Assembly: GCF_009914755.1 (NCBI RefSeq)
Contig: NC_060927.1
Direction: 5' to 3' (one strand)
Source: the human T2T-CHM13v2.0 reference genome, Homo sapiens
Length of the DNA: 64,000 bases
Part shown: positions 42,991 through 56,405 of the stretch, in pieces
How the letters are laid out: every line of letters starts with the position of its first letter
Position numbering within the stretch: the stretch's first letter is position 1
The notes under the pieces: model-generated
What the model was told of the DNA's origin: nothing
Databases searched by the model: none
The model's input: only the letters and a program-made list of their open reading frames with translations
Program-made: the position numbers and the translations under genes

Positions 42991-43477
42991 TATCTATGTA
43001 ATAAATTAATCTAGGGGCTTCTAGAGAACTTTACCTTTATGACTGTAAAGCAAACCAAGTGTTTTGAGGTGGCTTGTCATCCAAGTGGTGCCTGCCATAT
43101 GCATGTCTTGGAGCCGGGCCATGTCCTCTGAGGGGTCCTCACCCATGCCAACTAGCAGCTGGGCCCAGTCAGCCTTCCCTACTGGTTTTGCCCTCAAGGA
43201 GGGCTGGGACTCCCTTGCTGTCTGTCACTGGCTTCTCCCTGCTTCTTGGCCTCTCAGTCCACATCCTGAAGGCTTGTCTTTTCTAGTTCCCAGGCAAAAT
43301 GGCCTCCTGGCTTTAGCCCCTTCCGTTTAGAATGTTTATTCACAAGAATTCTAATGGATTTGTAAAATATCACATCTTAGATTAAAAATTTACCATGTGA
43401 CAGCTATATAAATGGGTCCAGGACAAAAAGGAAGACTATTTAGTAATCACTGAAACACAAGCGGCATTAATGTTCAC

Positions 43478-43515
43478 ACTCACCTGAAATGCGGGTAGAC
43501 AGGGATAAGTTAGTG
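43478..43515 (-). other. Juxtaposed 3' and 5' splice sites (candidate recursive splice site)
   Basis: Minus strand reads CACTAAC-ttatccctgtctacccgcatttCAG|GTGAGT. Confidence 0.4.
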
Positions 43516-45139
43516 GGCTACGGGGAAAAGACCAACAAAGCCTTTTCTCAAAATGTCTTAAGCTGAAGTGCCATGCTGATTTACTATTTTTAAGATACTG
43601 TTGTGGAGAGAAATCTAGGTGAAAGTTAAAAAGTTCACATCTGGTGTTAGCAAAGCAATGCAGAAAACAACACACAGCTCCTCTCTTTGGTGAGCGAGGC
43701 CAGTGCTGTTATCTAATTATTTCAATTCTGGCTTTGTTAGAGCTGCCAGGCTGGATTTGTTTATAGGTGTCCTTTCCTTCAAATCTGCCCATAGGGGCTC
43801 ACCCACGTCATTTGTCAGGGCTAAATAGCCTGAGGCCGAGAGTAGACATTTACTTACAGAATCTTCAGACTCTTTTAAATAGGCCTTTGGGATCTCACCA
43901 CTGACCATTCTGTGGCAAGAGGCTCAGGGACACGTTGCTGGGTGTTCCTTTTAATTGACTAACCACGGTGTTGCTGTTCAAAATTGCTGTAACCCGTATA
44001 TGCCCTCGGTCTGAAGCTTCTAATGACCTTTCTCTGGCCCTCAACACATATGGCTGAGACAATGCAAACATCATTTGGAAGATGAGTAAATTCAATAACT
44101 CAATTACAGCTGCACCAAAGCACCATTTATCAAACTCGGACCACAGCACTTTGTCTCTCTTAGCTCTCTGTTTTTCTGTGGCCAGGCATTTGGGGAAAGT
44201 TGCTAATCAATTTAGGAATGATTAAATTGAAATTTGTAACACTTTCCATTATTAAACCTTCAATCTTCATTATGGCAACTTAATGATTACATCATGGCTG
44301 AGAAAAACAAATTATGGGTAGCTGGTATCGTTCAGAAAGCTGGATTAGCAAGTAAATTGTCAAAAACACCAAAAGTTTAATATGTGTGCTTGTATAAATG
44401 ACTGTTTGACATGTACAAAGGAATATCAAATTACTATTCACTTTCCAATACAAATATGCATTCAAGATATACCATGTTGGTCTTTACTGCATTCTTTGTC
44501 TGTTTATATAGATTTAATTAACGTGCAGTGAATGGACGATATCTGGGGACCTCTCAAAATTCTAGGCAAACTTGGATGTGTACACCTGAGCCTTATCACT
44601 GAAGACAGTCCAAAGATCCTAAGAGCCCCTAAAAGGAGTGTAACAGATAGAGATGCTCTCTACTTAATATCTCTTATTAAGTGAACTCTGTGTATATATT
44701 CTACAACCTTCCACTATGTCTTTTTTCCTGTGTTTCATCTCAAACTGTAGTTATAGTTCTCTGACCAAAAACTCTTTCGCAGAAATATTTTTTTTTCTCT
44801 TTGTTTTAATGACAGGGCCAATATTTGGTGCAAGTTCTCTGCAAATTCTACCATTAGCCACATCCTTCCATGTCCTGGCAGCCAACTGAGACCCCAGGAG
44901 GGCTCCATCTGTCTTTGGGTATTGACATTTTGATGGGTTCTAATTGTAGGCAGTCAAGAAAGAATTTGAAATTCAGAGGAATGGGAAGATTGTTGGTGGC
45001 AAAGAGGAAAAAAAAAAACAGAAATTGGAGATACATAGGCCCATTTAAACATTATAGGAATTATGGGGTAGGTGACGATCACAATGATGATAAAAATGGT
45101 AAGAAGAGTAAGGGAGAATTTAATCATGAATCAGATGAC

Positions 45140-45630
45140 ATGCTAAGCACTTTCATTGAAATTCAATCTTCACTATAATCCTTTGAAGTACTACTCTTTT
45201 CCTTATATGATATATGAAGAAACAGAGGCTCAGAGAAGTTAGGCACTCACTCTGAGTAAAATGCCAGGAGCAGACCCACGTGGTGAGGAACTGAGGCCTC
45301 TTGCCAAGAGCCATGGGAGTGAACCTCGAGGTGGATCCTCTGGCCCCAGTCAAGCCTCAGATGACTGCTGCCCCAGTCAACATCCTAACACAGCTTTGTG
45401 AGAGACCCTGAAACAGAACCACTCGGGTGAGCCACTCCTGGGTGTCTGACATTCAGCAACTGTGTGACATAATAAATGGTTGCTGTTTAAGTCACTAGGT
45501 GTTGGAGTAATTTATTACACAGTAACAGATAACTAATATACTTGTCACACATCTACTAAGCGGTAGAGCCTGGACTCAAACCTAAGCTTATCTGGCTCTA
45601 GGGTCCATGTTCTTAACCACAGTGCTACCC
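45140..45630. mobile_element. MIR interrupted by an MLT1 LTR fragment (about 45265-45541)
   Basis: gaagaaacagaggctcagagaagtta | gaggaactgaggcc ... cagataactaatata | ctggactcaaacc. Confidence 0.7.
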
Positions 45631-45995
45631 TGTCTCCCTGATGCTTCTAAACCATTCCTTTACACACCTAGTATCTTCTTTGGGGGAAAACACACATTAA
45701 TTTTGCTCCCACTGCCACGTTGATAGGCACTTTCAGAAGTTGCTATGGTTTTCACCAGCCTGTCAATCACCAAAGAAAAAGATCAAAGGTAACATGGTTC
45801 ATGGTACAGACAGATGGGAAAATTCCCAGTGCTTGGCAGGTGCGCCCTTCTCCTTGCTTTGATCAGCTTAGGAAGTTTACTTTACCTATGCAGTATTTCT
45901 AAAGCAAACTGCTATCGGTGGTGTATAATGAGCAAATACAATCACATCTTATAATTATCTTATTCATTAAAAAAGGTGGAGCAGATTAAACTCAC

Positions 45996-46079
45996 CAAAT
46001 ACCATCTTCCACCATGGGGTTTATGTATTAGAGTAAATTTACTGAACAATAAGATCATCCTCTTGTGTTCCATCTTCAT
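45996..46079 (-). CDS. PDZRN3: Second candidate alternative first exon, MKMEHKRMILLFSKFTLIHKPHGGRWYL
   Basis: Open frame from ATG at 46079 (second ATG in strong aagATGG context) to a strong phase-0 donor TTG|GTGAGT (actcac at 45990-45995), the same phase as the 5164 exon; unique sequence. Confidence 0.55.
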
Positions 46080-47603
46080 TTAAAAATTGACTCAGTGAAG
46101 CAAGGCAGCCTGCAGGTCCGCAGTTTCATTGCGATCTAAGCTTGGTTTATGTTGAGAGTACTGAGCAAATGCTATGGTTGTGGCAAGGGTGTACACTTTT
46201 AAGATCACAGAATAGGGAGGCACTGAACAAAAGAGGAGCAGCAGGAGCCCCATCCATTTCAGGCCCTGGGAAAGGTTCCCCTTGCGAAGTGAAGGGGGGA
46301 AAATGGGCCATAAGGTATTAAGAAAGGAGCAAGCTGTGAAATGAACCAAGGGGTGGATGGTGAGGTTCATGACCCTGCAGCCTCATAACACAGTCCTTCA
46401 GCCCTGGGGTGGCTAATGAAGGGTGATGCCTGGAAATTAATGGAGGGTTGTGGGGTGTGAGGGTGAAAATGAGAGCACAGTGGTTTTTCCACAGTCTTTT
46501 CTGCTCAAAGAGTCAGGCAGAATGGTTATTGAAGCTTCCAGTACTTAGATAAGTTAATATTTCACCATTATATTATTAGAATGAGCAAGTCCAGGCATTG
46601 AGTATCCAAGCATCTTCTTTTTGAAAAACAGAAGGGACCACCAGCTCTACACAGAAGAAAGGGAATAAAGACAGGCCAGTCTGGCTCCAAGCTCTGATGT
46701 TCATGAGGCAAGGGCCTTCATTTTCTTCCGTTTTAATTCAAAAGGCCCCTTTAACCAAGAAGACCCTGCAAAAACCCTCCACTGAGAGATCATACCCTAA
46801 TCACATCCTTCCAAAAGCCTCACAGATATTTACGGCAAATACAAAACACCAAGCGTGCTGACTTATGAAAGGCGATTTGTTCATCTGTGAATTGAGACCT
46901 GAAACCTTTCTACTTTCCTGTTAGCTGTCATTTTTCTCCCACAAATGAAATGAATAATTCCTCCTCATGGCAGTCAATTTCAAATTCACAGGGTTCCCCC
47001 CCCAACTCTGAACCCATTATGTTTTGTTGCATAAAACCCATCTCATAAAATAAACCTCTCAAAGTTGTAAATTAAAAAATAAACATTCTTGAGAAAATGT
47101 CAAATGCAGGCCTGAGAGAAAGGCCAAAAAATCCATTTAAGGGAATACTGCAGTGAATCCATCCCCAGAAAATCGGGGGAAAACACTCAGATGGGTGATT
47201 GAATATAAATTCACTGCCTTCAGCCAGTTGGTAATGAAATGAACTTTTACCTAGGGGTTGCTATATACTTTTAGAACTGACTGTAAGATGAGCCATGCCC
47301 ACAGTACTGGATGATCAAAAAATATGTACCAGAATATTAAAGTAAAAGCTGGAGTGAAGAAATGGCAAAGGAGCAAATGCAAGCGTTTGATACCATCTCA
47401 GGATATGCAAATTAGAAGCCACAGGAAACACCCTTCAAACATGCATGGTGGTTGCACCTACCCGCAAAATGTACCACAGACTGATTGCTTAGGCTGATAG
47501 GCTTTTGGTGGCAAATCCTTAATTTCAGGCAAGTTTTCCTAAGCTCAGCTTCCCACCTTCATGGTTTTGGAATGTGATTTAACATTCTTAGAAACACAGA
47601 CCA

Positions 47604-48548
47604 CTGTGGCAGTCAGCCTCCAACATGGCCTTAATGATCCCTGCCTCCTGGTACACAGGCCCTTGGATAATATCTTAGTTCGTTCTTGCATTGCTATAAG
47701 GAACTACCTGAGACCAGATAATTTATAAAGAAAAGAGGTTTAATTGGCCCACAGTTCCACAGGCTATACAGGAGCATGGCTGGGGAGGCCTCAGGAAACT
47801 TACAATCATGGCAGAAGGTGAAGGGGAAGCTGGCACATCTTCACCTGGCCAGAGCAGGGAAGAGAGATAGACAGTGAAGGGAAAAGTGCTACACACTTTC
47901 CAACAACCAGATCTTGTGAGAATTCTATCACTAGACAGCACTAGGAGGATGGTGCTAAACCATGAGAAACCACCCCCATGATCCAATCATCTCCCACCTG
48001 GACCCCCCTTCAACATTGGGGTTTACAATTCAACATGAGATTTGGGTGGGGACACAGAGCCAAACCATATCAGGTAGTATGTTCCCACACTGTCCCAAGG
48101 TTGTTGTGTGTGACCAACAGAAGATGGCAGGACTGATGGCTGCTACTTTCATGGTTAGGTTATAAAAGACACCGCATCTTCCATTTTTTGCTTGTTCTTG
48201 TACACACGTACCCTCTCTTTGATCATTTGCTCTGGGGGAAGCCAGTTGACGTATCACAAGGATCCCTTTTGGAAAGACCTATGTTGAGAGAAACTGAGGC
48301 CTCTTACCAATAGCCAGTGAAGACCTGAGGCCTTGGCAAACAGCCCTGTGAGTGAGCCGTCATGGAAGCCGACCCTCAGCTGAGCCTTCAGATGACTGCA
48401 GTACCAGTAGACAGCTTGACTGCAACCTCATGGGACTACCCAGCTAAGTGTCTTCCAGGTTTATGACCCTCAGAAATTGTGTGAGACAATCGGTTTTTTT
48501 TAAGCACTAAATATTAGGCCAATCTGTTACACGCAATAGATAACTACA
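47604..48548 (+). mobile_element. MLT1F-like LTR interrupted by an MST LTR
   Basis: tgtggcagtcagcctccaacatggcc ... gttacacgcaatagataact. Confidence 0.75.
47671..48072 (-). mobile_element. MSTA-like MaLR solo LTR
   Basis: ttcttgcattgctataaggaactacctgagac ... gggacacagagccaaaccatatca. Confidence 0.88.
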
Positions 48549-48559
48549 GTAACTACCAT

Positions 48560-48915
48560 TGATACCATATATTTATTGAGTTCTTATAATGTATCAGACA
48601 GCATGTGAAATGTTTTTCATGAACTATCTTGCTTAATAATGGATCATATTCTATTATGCAGGCACCATCATTATTATACCTTGATACACCTCATGGGGTT
48701 GTATTATAGATTAAATGACAAAGCATTTAGAACAGTGCCTGGCACACAGTAGGCACTAATTAAATGTTAGCTATAAAGACTATTATTATACCCATTAGGC
48801 AGAGGAGAAAACCAAGGCTCAGCAAGAGGAAGTATCTTGCTCCAGGACACATAACTAGGAAGCAAAAAATATAGATTCCGGGTCTCTCTGGTTCCAAGAT
48901 CCATCTTCTTAACTC
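48560..48915. mobile_element. MIR fragments in both orientations
   Basis: aaagcatttagaacagtgcctggcaca; gaggagaaaaccaaggctcag. Confidence 0.7.
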
Positions 48916-49259
48916 AGAATGTCATCTCTGACAAAGCAGTCTCCAATGAACAAACAGAAATGCATGCTAAAAGTGAGACAGATAATTCCTGGATTGTCCA
49001 CAGTCTTGGATTAACCATAGTCTTGGATTATTAAAATTAAAGTCTGCTTGGTGAGGGCTGCTGAGCCAACAGTATTCCCTAATGTGCAAAAATGTTCTCC
49101 AACATTCAAAAATAATGAAAACAAACGCTCATGAGCAAAAAATCACCCATAAATCAAGATTTTTAAATTCCTATTTAAGGATTTATTGAATGTCAATGAC
49201 ATTTAGGGTATGGAACTGGCTAGATGCTGCCATGAATCCCTAAATCATCACTATCTTTG

Positions 49260-49621
49260 TGTATCAGTCCATTCTCACACTGCTCTAAGAAATACCCAAG
49301 ACTGGGTAATTTATAAAGGAAAGGAGGTTTAATGGGCTCACAGTTCCACATGGCTGGGGAAGCCTCACGATCATGGCGGAAAGTGAATAAAGAGCAAAGG
49401 CATGTCTTACATGGTGGCAGGCAAGGGACGTGTGCAGGGGAACTGTCCTGTATAAAACCATCAGATCTTGTGAGACTTATTCATTATCATGACAACAACA
49501 TGGGGAAAACCTGCCCCCATGATTCAATTACCTCCCACTGGGTCCCTCCCAAGAAACACGGGAATTATGGGAATTACAATTCAAGATGAGATTTGGGTGG
49601 GGACACAGCCAAATGACATCA
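49260..49621 (-). mobile_element. THE1 solo LTR
   Basis: tgtatcagtccattctcacactgct ... gggacacagccaaatgacatca; perfect 5-bp TSD ctttg. Confidence 0.9.
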
Positions 49622-49707
49622 CTTTGAGATGAAATCAAAGCAAAGAAGGGTGAATTTGCATTACTTTGGCCAAATCCTGAATCTGTATAGAACTGTGATC
49701 TAAAACT

Positions 49708-50250
49708 TGGGGTTTCCAACCCCAGGACTGGTACCAGTCTGTGGCCTGTTAGTAACTGGGCCTCACAGCAGGAAGGGAGAGGTGGGTGAGTGAGTGAAGC
49801 TTCATCTATATTTACAGCTGCTCCCCATCACTTGCATCACCACCTAAGCTCTGTCTCCTGTCAGATCAGCAGCGACATTAGATTTTCATAGGAGCATGGA
49901 CTCTACTGCAAACTCTGCTTAAGAGGGATCTAGGTTGTGCACTCCTTATAGAAATCTAATGCCTGATGATCTGTCACTGTCTCCCATCACCCCCAGATGA
50001 GACCATCCAGTTGCAAGGCTCCCACTGATTCTAGATTATGGTGAATTGTATAATTATTTCATTATATATTACAATGTAATAATAATATAATAATAATGTA
50101 ATAATAATAATAATGTAGTAATAATAGCATTACAATAAATGTAAGAGGCTTGAATCATTCCAAAACCATCAACTTCTGCCCCGCCCAGTCCGTGGAAAAA
50201 CTGTCTTCCATGAAACTAGTCCCTGGTGCCAAGAAGGTTGGGGACCACTG
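49708..50250. mobile_element. MER1A-like hAT element
   Basis: gtggcctgttag ... tcctgtcagatcagcagcg ... ccctggtgccaagaaggttggggaccactg. Confidence 0.85.
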
Positions 50251-50501
50251 ACTGAAAAGGTAGTTGTAATAGTTGTAAAAGGTCAGTAATAGTTGTAGAA
50301 TTTTAAACTGTCAAAAGAAAGGTCCAGTTCTCTGAACCATGTTGCTTTTTTCTTCACTGCATCCCAAGTGGGGTTGTAACCCACAAGAGATTAAAATGGG
50401 GCTAAAAGAAACTACATGCTAATAATGGTTAAAAACACATTTTGGCCAAGTCTTACAGAATGGATTAATCAGCATTTAGCCTTTATTCTCAGAGCAGAAA
50501 C

Positions 50502-50555
50502 TTAGGTTCTATGTGTAATGGCAAAAGTCGCAATTACTTTTGCACCAACCTAATA
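50502..50555. mobile_element. MADE1 partial element
   Basis: taatggcaaaagtcgcaattacttttgcaccaacctaata. Confidence 0.8.
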
Positions 50556-52479
50556 ATTCAGCACTGAATGAACATCTGTTCACTATCAAGACTGACTTCC
50601 ATGAGCATTTAAAAGAAATGTGGCCTGAATCCTGTTCTACCTTCAATAATTCTCTGCTCCTTTGAGCTTAGACTGCTTGAAAAAGGTCCTGGCTTTTAAA
50701 GATCTCATTTCTTTAGGATACTGTCATTGTATATCAGAATAACCCAGCAACTTCAAATAAAACTGCCACTCTGAGCATCCATGCTCTTTCAGCCCCCAAG
50801 GAAGAAAAGTTAAATTCCTTCTGTTTATCAATGTTTTCAAGTTGTAAAGAGACCAATTAGCAGAATATGACTACAAGGGTCTCTCTGGCATGGACAGTCT
50901 CCTTTTTGCCAGCATACACCTTCTCAAAGTAAAAAAAAAAAAAAGTGACTTCCCTTTTCACTGTTATTTCATTGCTTGGCCACATTCAATAACTCTCCAG
51001 GAATACCGAGGGGAGTCATCCACCAGCCCGCTGTAGCTCAGGCCAGGCACCTGTCGGAATTGTTCAAACCCTTCATCGGTGCATGGCTCAGCCTGAGAAG
51101 CCAATCACGATTTGTGCTGGCACAGCAGAGTGCTTCAAAATGGTCTTTGTAATAAGAGTTTGCTGAACAGGCCCAAGCCTTTCCCTTTTCCCTTGGTCTC
51201 AGCCTCCTCAAATAACATAACCAGATGGATGGAGCAACCCCCAAAAATCCCATCTCCCCTGCCTGACCCCAGCCCAGGCCTGTGCTCCCAATGCCTTGTG
51301 TGAACTCAACTCCCCTTTCACAAATGTGGTGGGGACTCACGTTCACTATAAAAGAAAAATATGATTCATACATGGCTATAGGTGGTATTATTTTGTAAAA
51401 CTAAACATGTATGAGTTGCGGGGGGCGGGGGTAGATGATGAGGGGAAGGAAAGGAAATTAGATTAGCTGCAAGGGACAGGGTAGTACATTGGAATACAAT
51501 TTCCAATACAGATACAGGCACCAGGTGTTCCAATAAACTCTTTTGTTTGTAATGTGATTTTACTGGGGGCAATCCAATTATGAAGAAGTTCAAGCCACCA
51601 TCCTTGGGGTAGGACCTGAGGCCAGGGTCTAACTATTAATAACTCTACTAATACTCCCCCATCACTAGACATAGCAGTTTGCCCTTGGCCATTGTGACTA
51701 CCTGTCAGAGAATGCCCTGATTCTAAAACCACTGGGGCATGAAGGCCAGCCTGGCTGAAGCCACTGTTGTCAAAACAGTGGCCAACAGGCTATAATGACT
51801 GAAAGAATTCAAACCTCTCAGAGGTTAGCACCTGGGGCGGGCCCTTTGTGATCTGGTTTTAACACCTCCCTTGACCCTCCATATTCTGAAGCCTCTGTTG
51901 AAATTCAAGCAGAATTCCTTGGCTCTTGTTCAAGATCCAGGCAAGAAGTCTCAGACCTTTGGTTTTCTGCACACATAAGTCTCTCGGCTTGGGAAGGCTT
52001 CCAAATTTTAGTCTAACTTCTTTGTCTGGCTCTCTTCTCAATCATGCTGACTGCATACTCCACCCTGTTCTTTCCTGGACATACTCTCTAGCCAGCTTTT
52101 CAAGCCTGACATAGAAAGTTCTCCCCTGGCCCTCCTGCCTACCCCATCACCCAGAGTGCACGCTTGCCTCTGTAAAAGCACATGGAGAAGCAGGGTTGAT
52201 ATTTCCACTTCTTTCCCCACCATACTGTGTGTTCCTTAAAAGTCAAGTCTTGTCTTTAATTGATTCTGTATCTCTGGCATCCGGTACAACAGCATCACCA
52301 GATGATATATCTGTCTAAAGAAACAGTGTCCTTCCCCAAGCCCTGCTCCCAACCTAGTACGCATACTTTGGCCAAAGACCCTTGCATTCATATTACTTTC
52401 TTAACATGTTCCATAACATTTTCTCTCCCAACAAAATAAGAGCACAAGCTGTTTCTATAATTTTTTCTGGTCACTGATG

Positions 52480-52670
52480 GCTTGTTTATATATACTATTC
52501 CATTTAATGCCAATCATCCTAAGAATTACATACTCATATTATTCTTCATTTACAGCTAGGGAATTAGGGCTTGAGTAAGTGATTGCCCACAGTCATGTTT
52601 AGTAAATGGCAGAGTTGCAATGTGGCCCCAGCCTGTACTGATGCAGATACCCGTGCTCTCACCTCTATGC
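52480..52670 (-). mobile_element. MIR SINE
   Basis: gattgcccacagtcatgtttagtaaatggcagag. Confidence 0.6.
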
Positions 52671-52889
52671 ATACAGACTTCTTGCTCTCTAATGATTCCT
52701 ACATGGCTCTGAGCCCTCTGACACAAAGACTATGTGCGGTCATTAGGCACAGCAGAGGGTAAATGGGTCACAGTGCTCAGCCAGGAGTTTATCACTTCAG
52801 AGACTAAACTTTTCCCTTGACTTAGAAATAACCAAGAATGAAGAGAATACAATTTATTAAAATTAATAAAATGTGTGAGGGCAGGATTC

Positions 52890-53171
52890 TTTTTTTCTTT
52901 TTGAGATGGAGTTTCACTCTTGTTGCCCAGGCTGGAGTGCAATGGTGTGATCTCGGCTCACCGCAAGGTTCAAGGGATTCTTCTGCCTCAGCCTCCCAAG
53001 TAGTTGGGATTACAGGCATGCGCCTTCATGGCTGGCTAATTTTGTATTTTTAGTAGAGATGGGGTTTCTCCATGTTGGTCAGGCTGGTCTCGAACTCCCG
53101 ACCTCAGGCGATCTGCCCACCTCAGCCTCCCAAAGTGCTGGGATTACAGGCGTAAGCCACCACACCTGGCC
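52890..53171 (-). mobile_element. AluSp-like with a short internal deletion
   Basis: gagtttcactcttgttgccc; tttctccatgttggtcagg; TSD tgagggcaggattct. Confidence 0.93.
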
Positions 53172-55199
53172 TGAGGGCAGGATTCTATCTCCTATAAGAC
53201 TGAAAGCTGGACACAGAGATACCCATTGAGTTCATGAGCAGCAAACCTCTTACTCTTATTTCTTGCCCTTAAAAATGGAAATGTTCAAATTTATAAATAG
53301 GTTGTTCATAAAACTTAAAGAGTGTAATTTTAAAAGTATAATGGACCTCAACGATTATTCAATCATTTTATAGAAAAGAACAGTCCAGAAGAGAGAAAAA
53401 GACAAAAAAAGAATTCCTCCTTCCCTTCCAAAAAACAGAAACCATCCCTTCGCACCCCCACACAAAGCTAGCTAGTGGTAGCATTAAGGACTAAACACAG
53501 ATGTCCTAAATCACAGCCTAGCATTCTTTCCATTATGCGAAAATGGCAAACAAATGGTTTTCAACATTAAGAGCATCTTTGATAGATTGACAGTGGCTGC
53601 CTGGAGTGATAACACTGAGAGCACTCTGGAGCCATGGGTGGACTCTGAGGATAAGAATGTGATGATTAGTTATGTCTGACGCAGGTATGAGATAGAAGCA
53701 GGGAAGAGCTAGCTGCTCCCTTATCAAGTTTGTTTTTCACAGAACTGTGTCTATTTAATTGTACTGTATTTATAATTCATTTCAAGAACAATTATACGCA
53801 TACCACCACAGGTTTAGTTCATTAGATTGTTTCCCTGTTTCTAAGAGAAAACACATTATGATATAAACCCTGGGCCCATCCTTAAAGCAAAGCCACAAAG
53901 AAAAGGAGATAAATCCACTGGAGAGTCTCAACTCTTCATTCTCTTCTAAAAAAAATAGTGGACAACTTTAGATAGACACAACCTCTCCTACGCGTTTATA
54001 GTGACTGTCATTCATCTAGGCGTCTCAGAATGGCCAAATCACACATTTACTACCTGGCTCATCTGAGGCTTTTGTTGTTATTATTGTATTTGTTTTTAAA
54101 TCTCTGACAGTCTTCAACTCCATTTTTTAAAACATCATGTACCCCAAAGGTGGCAATTCTCCTCTATCTCAGAAATCCCCTAGGCAAGCTCAATTAAATA
54201 CCTAAACACACTTTAAGGAGTTGGGTAGTGCCCTTGGATATCCTCAGGGCTGGTCTGGACAGCCCCCCAGCAACAAAAGTAAAGGACCCCAGGTTGCTAT
54301 AAGACACCATTACATAGTGACACAGAATTTATGGGATCTTTAACTTACACTGTTTCTGAGGACAGGCCACAACCTGTTGTTTATTCAGTGCAGATTCAGA
54401 AGCTATGCTACTTGCTTTGGGTCAATCCAAAGAAGGCACTGCTCTCTAGCTTTCATCATTACATATGCAGATTTTTCCTTGGACACCAAGGGGCTTAGGA
54501 AATTGCTTTTGATGGTACTTATTTTACCGTAAATTAAACTCTAGTGCCTTAGAGAACAGAAGAGAACAAACACGCATGCCTTGCCTTTGCCTTATAATCC
54601 AGGGTAGAAGATAAAACTTTCTCCGTACTTCAGAGGAGGTCAATTAACAAAGAAAAGATTACTGTGATTGTCACAGAGATACCAGGCATCTGAGTGGCTG
54701 CTCAAAGCACTCAGAAAGGAGAATGTCACCAAGAAAAATCTACAAGGATGAAGGGAAGAGGCTTCATTTTGAAGCAATTTATAGGAAGCCACAGAGACGT
54801 TCCTTCTTGAACTTGCTTTTTCCCCATTTGTAAAGTCAACATAATGAAGATGCAAGAAAGAGCAGTTGACTTAAACCCTTTTAGTTAGATGCATTTTTAA
54901 TGTAAGCTGGATACTCTTGTCAACCATATCTTCACAGTGCTGTTGGCTGTCCCAGGGAGGAAATGTGCCCTGGGTTCACAAATGCTGAAGTGTTTACAGA
55001 AAAGAAGAAATTTATTTTTGCATTTTCCAGATGCTATCATGATGCTCTTTCAGGTTTCCTGCCATTCTCTCTTTTCTGGGGAAAGTGGCTGCCACATAGT
55101 TAAGCAAATATATACTTATTTTTTAAGTGGCATATATGGAAGTGACATAAATTAATTGCATATGCTACAAAGTGAGGTAGATAATATGAAATCTAGAAA

Positions 55200-56200
55200 T
55201 GACAACTACAACCCAATCAGTGAACAGGTGAGGTGGGTTTAATTGACCATACCAGGAAGGGTAGCCCAGAAGGAGGAGACAGTGAATGCAAAGGCGTGGC
55301 AGCAGAACATTCCCAGATGTATTTGGGAGGCAGTCTGGCTGACGTTTGGGTTGGGCAGAGCCGGCTACAGTGGGAAGTGGTGTGTGTGAAAAAGGCTGTG
55401 AAGGGCCTTGGAGGCCAGGCAAAGTGACTAGAACCATATTCTTTACTGGGAAGCCGTCAGAACTTTACCCATTAGGAAAATATATATCAAATCAAGGTTT
55501 TAGAAAAATTTTAATGCTTGAACGTATTATAAAAGAAAGGACTGCAGGAAGGAAGAAAAAAGTGGAGGGACGTAGAATCTATGGAAGGAGGTATAACAAT
55601 CCTGGCAAACATGATGCGGGGGCCTGGGGTGGATAAGGAGGGGATGATATGAGAAATAATTTAAAGTTAGAACTGGAAGGAATTGACAGCGGGTGTGTGA
55701 GAAGCAGAGTCTAAAGCATCTCTAAGGTGTCCTATGTTAAGAAAGACTGGAAAGGCAAAGAGGAGGAGAAGGAGAAAGAGAAAGTGCAAGAGTTTGGATT
55801 CATATACCTTAGGTTTGAGGTATATTGACATTTGAGCAGAGATGTCCCAGATCAGGGTTCTGGAGCAGACGCATGGGTGATTTGGGAGTTGCCAAAGTCA
55901 TGAGATTACCCAGTGTATGCACCAGAGTGGTGAGGTCAGAGGATCATTTTCCAATGGAGGGGGGTGGTTAGTTCGATGCCCCAGAGAACAGAGGGAAAGG
56001 TGAGAACTGACAGTATGTGTTGGATGTGATGGCAGAAAGGCCCTACAAATCCTCTGACAGAAGAGCTTCATGGAGAGCTGGGGGAAGAAGATAGACTATA
56101 GCACAGATAGTAAGGAAAGAAAAGAAAGCTGCAGCAGATTGTTCTTCCAAGCTGACTAGTATTAAAGGATAAGAGAGAAATGTAGCAGTACCTTGAAGAG
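55200..56200 (-). mobile_element. L2 LINE fragments
   Basis: Long purine-rich diverged L2-like stretch. Confidence 0.5.
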
Positions 56201-56244
56201 GACTAGGTATGGCTTTGGGAAGGAGTGAAATACAGAAATATACT

Positions 56245-56405
56245 CGCTGCTCCTAGTGTGGTCTACAGACCAGCAGCACCAGCAACACCCATGAGCTTCT
56301 TAGAAATTCAGAATCTCAGGCTCCTCTGCAGAGGAAATGAATCAGAACTTGCCTCTTAGCAAGATTCCCAGCAGATGCGTTTGCATATGAAAGTCCTAGA
56401 AGCTG
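56245..56405. mobile_element. MER5A hAT element
   Basis: gaccagcagcaccagcaacacccatgagcttcttagaaattcagaatctcaggc ... tgaatcagaac. Confidence 0.8.

Noticed and set aside
51418-51452. G-rich runs (also 3389-3406 and 46420-46465) as G-quadruplexes
   Set aside because: Irregular runs or long loops and no independent support.
51900-51975. Faint resemblance to a canonical PDZRN3 PDZ1 exon (KTKGLRLL), and similarly near 46720-46810
   Set aside because: No GLGF-type loop, no conserved frame or splice sites; treated as coincidence.
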